From Gemmatimonadaceae bacterium (GTDB taxonomy: Bacteria; Gemmatimonadota; Gemmatimonadetes; Gemmatimonadales; Gemmatimonadaceae), in assembly GCA_044224875.1 (NCBI GenBank), contig JBGAJQ010000008.1, forward strand, positions 60,064 to 120,983: DNA of 60,920 nt. The letters run 5' to 3'. Below are positions 59,075-60,920 of this stretch, one piece after another. The notes beneath the pieces were generated by a model that saw nothing but the letters and a program-made list of their open reading frames with translations, did not search any database and was not told the origin of the DNA. A program made the translations under genes and the position numbers. Each line of letters begins with the position of its first letter. Within the stretch, counting starts at the first letter, position 1.

Positions 59075-60920
59075 CGGTGCATCCATCGGACATCCGAGGT
59101 GCGAAGGCTGGCGAGCGCCTAACGGGATCGGTCGCAGGGGATCAAACGTGGCTGGGGAAGCACGTCGGGCTTGCCATCAATCGAGTGCAGGCGATCGCAC
59201 TGGCCGTGTGGTGCGGCGTGATCGCTGGCCTCATCGAGGCAAGCATCCTGGAGATCGGAGCGCGGGTCCTGCACATCCCGGCAGGGCAGCTGATCCCGCC
59301 CGAAGTGTTTTGGTACGCTCCGCTGGCCGCCGCGGTCACCATGGTCGCGCTGGTGTTGCTGCTGGTTGTCCTCGATGCAGTGCTTCCGCGTGTCGGATTC
59401 TTGCAGCTGGCGCTGCCGGCGTGCGTCGGTCTGGCGATGTTCAGCGTGATCCGGAGTCTGCGACAGGGTGTGGCGAACATTCCCGCCGCCGTTCTGGCGC
59501 TCGGCATTGCCGTCGTCGTCGTTCGAGTCTTGGCCAAGCGACCGCAGGTGTTGCAGCGGCACGTTCCCCGAACGACACCATGGCTCGCCGGCCTCATGGC
59601 CCTGTACGCGGTGGCCGTCCCAGTGACGCGTGGCTTGAGTGAGCGTCGTGCCCTCGGAACGCTCCCCACGCCGGCCGGCCAGGCGCCGAACGTCCTCGTC
59701 GTCGTACTCGACGCCGTTCGACAACACAATCTCTCGCTGTACGGGTACCAGCGCCTAACGACTCCCAACCTCGATGCCTTCGCGCGCAAGGGGGCCGTCT
59801 TTGAGCGCGCGTTTGCCACCACGCCGTGGTCCCTCCCGTCGCATGCCGCCATTCTGACCGGGTTGTACCCGAATGACATGACGGCTGCGCATCGACATGC
59901 GCTCGACGAGACACCTTTGCTCCTCTCCGAATTCCTCGCGCGGCAAGGCTACGCAACCGGCGGGTTTGTCGGAAACATGTCGTTCCTCCAACCCGACTTT
60001 GGACTGGCTCGCGGCTTCACGACGTATGATTCCCGCCCGCCAAAGGACCTGCCGACCATCGCCAGCACGTGGTGGCTCTCCGGCACGCTCTACAAGACGA
60101 TTCGTGCGTGGAGCGGCGTGTATCAATCCATCCCTCGGCGGCCGTCGGAGCACGTCAACCGCGCCCTCATGTCGTGGATCGATCGGCGCGGGGATCGACC
60201 CTTCTTTGCGTTCGTCAACTACTTTGACGCACACGCCCCGTATCTCCCCCCAGCACCATTCGACACGTCGTTTGGCCGAACGGGGCGATACTGGACCGCG
60301 CAGACCCCGCGCCGATACTCCGCCGTCGAGCTGCAACAGATGCAAACCGCCTACGACGGCGGCATCAAGTACATGGACGAGCAGCTCCACCAGCTCCTGA
60401 CGCACCTCGAGCAACGAGGAGATCTCGACCACACCATCGTCATCATCACCGCCGATCACGGTGAGGAGTTTGGCGAGCACGACCCCTCCGTCGTCGAGCA
60501 CAGCCTCACGCTCCACGCCACCAGTACCATGATCCCATTCGTGCTGGTGTATCCCCCAAGCGTCCCCGCCGGCATGCGAATACGGCAACCGGTGAGTCTG
60601 CGGGACATTCCCGCAACCGTCGTCGACTTGGCGAAGTTGACGGGTTCGCCCTTCCCCGGCGCCCCAATCGCGCGCTACGCGTCCGCCGACACCTCACTCC
60701 GTCCGCCCGCCACACCGCGCGGGATGTCCGTCGAGAAGTGGTTCCGTGGTTCGCTCCCCGACTGGACGGCCAACAACGGCGACCTGTTTGGCGTGGTGGA
60801 CGGCGACCGTCACTACTTCGTCGACGCCAAGGGTGGCGAGCACTTGTTCGACCTGACGGCAGACCCGTTGGAGCAAACGAACCTCGCGCCGCAACCACAG
60901 ACGGCGGCTGAACGCGTCCG
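59071..60920 (+). CDS. Second membrane-anchored sulfatase-like protein, runs off window end (absent from ORF track)
   Basis: Frame read manually from GTG 59071 (GTGA overlap): TM segments, PNVLVVVLDAVR, TPWSLPSHAAILTG, FVNYFDAHAPY, YDGGIKYMD and ADHGEEFGEH. Confidence 0.88.
   Translation, partial: MTVHPSDIRGAKAGERLTGSVAGDQTWLGKHVGLAINRVQAIALAVWCGVIAGLIEASILEIGARVLHIPAGQLIPPEVFWYAPLAAAVTMVALVLLLVVLDAVLPRVGFLQLALPACVGLAMFSVIRSLRQGVANIPAAVLALGIAVVVVRVLAKRPQVLQRHVPRTTPWLAGLMALYAVAVPVTRGLSERRALGTLPTPAGQAPNVLVVVLDAVRQHNLSLYGYQRLTTPNLDAFARKGAVFERAFATTPWSLPSHAAILTGLYPNDMTAAHRHALDETPLLLSEFLARQGYATGGFVGNMSFLQPDFGLARGFTTYDSRPPKDLPTIASTWWLSGTLYKTIRAWSGVYQSIPRRPSEHVNRALMSWIDRRGDRPFFAFVNYFDAHAPYLPPAPFDTSFGRTGRYWTAQTPRRYSAVELQQMQTAYDGGIKYMDEQLHQLLTHLEQRGDLDHTIVIITADHGEEFGEHDPSVVEHSLTLHATSTMIPFVLVYPPSVPAGMRIRQPVSLRDIPATVVDLAKLTGSPFPGAPIARYASADTSLRPPATPRGMSVEKWFRGSLPDWTANNGDLFGVVDGDRHYFVDAKGGEHLFDLTADPLEQTNLAPQPQTAAERV

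Noticed and set aside
1..60920. CRISPR arrays, tRNA/rRNA genes, riboswitches
   Set aside because: No regularly spaced repeats or recognisable RNA-gene signatures were found by eye. The intergenic regions 16857-17281, 23258-23512, 37254-37541 and 56857-57253 would need an Infernal/Rfam scan to exclude ncRNAs.

Overview
GC-rich (roughly two-thirds G+C by eye) bacterial DNA. The gene repertoire is most like Gemmatimonadota: ECF sigma/Ser-Thr kinase pair, ADOP permease, many secreted hydrolases, membrane-anchored sulfatase-like proteins. This taxonomic call is inference. Left part: menA-like prenyltransferase, msrA, MFS transporter, tesB, an ECF/STK pair, two S9 peptidases, a CocE/NonD hydrolase, a GH2-aldose 1-epimerase fusion, a Vgb-like propeller, an ADOP permease and a PilZ protein. 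Centre (23.9-37.3 kb, minus strand): one tightly coupled energy-conservation operon. It runs from a deleted 2-oxoacid oxidoreductase alpha/beta pair, through a 334-aa protein that aligns to the PFOR TPP-binding domain but lacks its catalytic motifs, to rnfB. It continues with a 1709-aa PFOR carrying a tethered C-terminal ferredoxin, rnfCDGEA, an unannotated 49-aa TM-Cys4 peptide (NqrM-like architecture), apbE and a 9-Cys protein. At 39.9-47.0 kb an indel-rich segment duplicates about 2.32 kb of each flank. This is most likely an assembly or long-read patch, and may join two related strains. Right part: GNAT, two GGDEF-EAL proteins, solA-like oxidase, DsbA-like protein, a lipoprotein and two tandem sulfatase-like genes. 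The octamer GCCTAACG/CGTTAGGC is strongly over-represented across the window. No rRNA, tRNA, CRISPR array or transposase was recognised.
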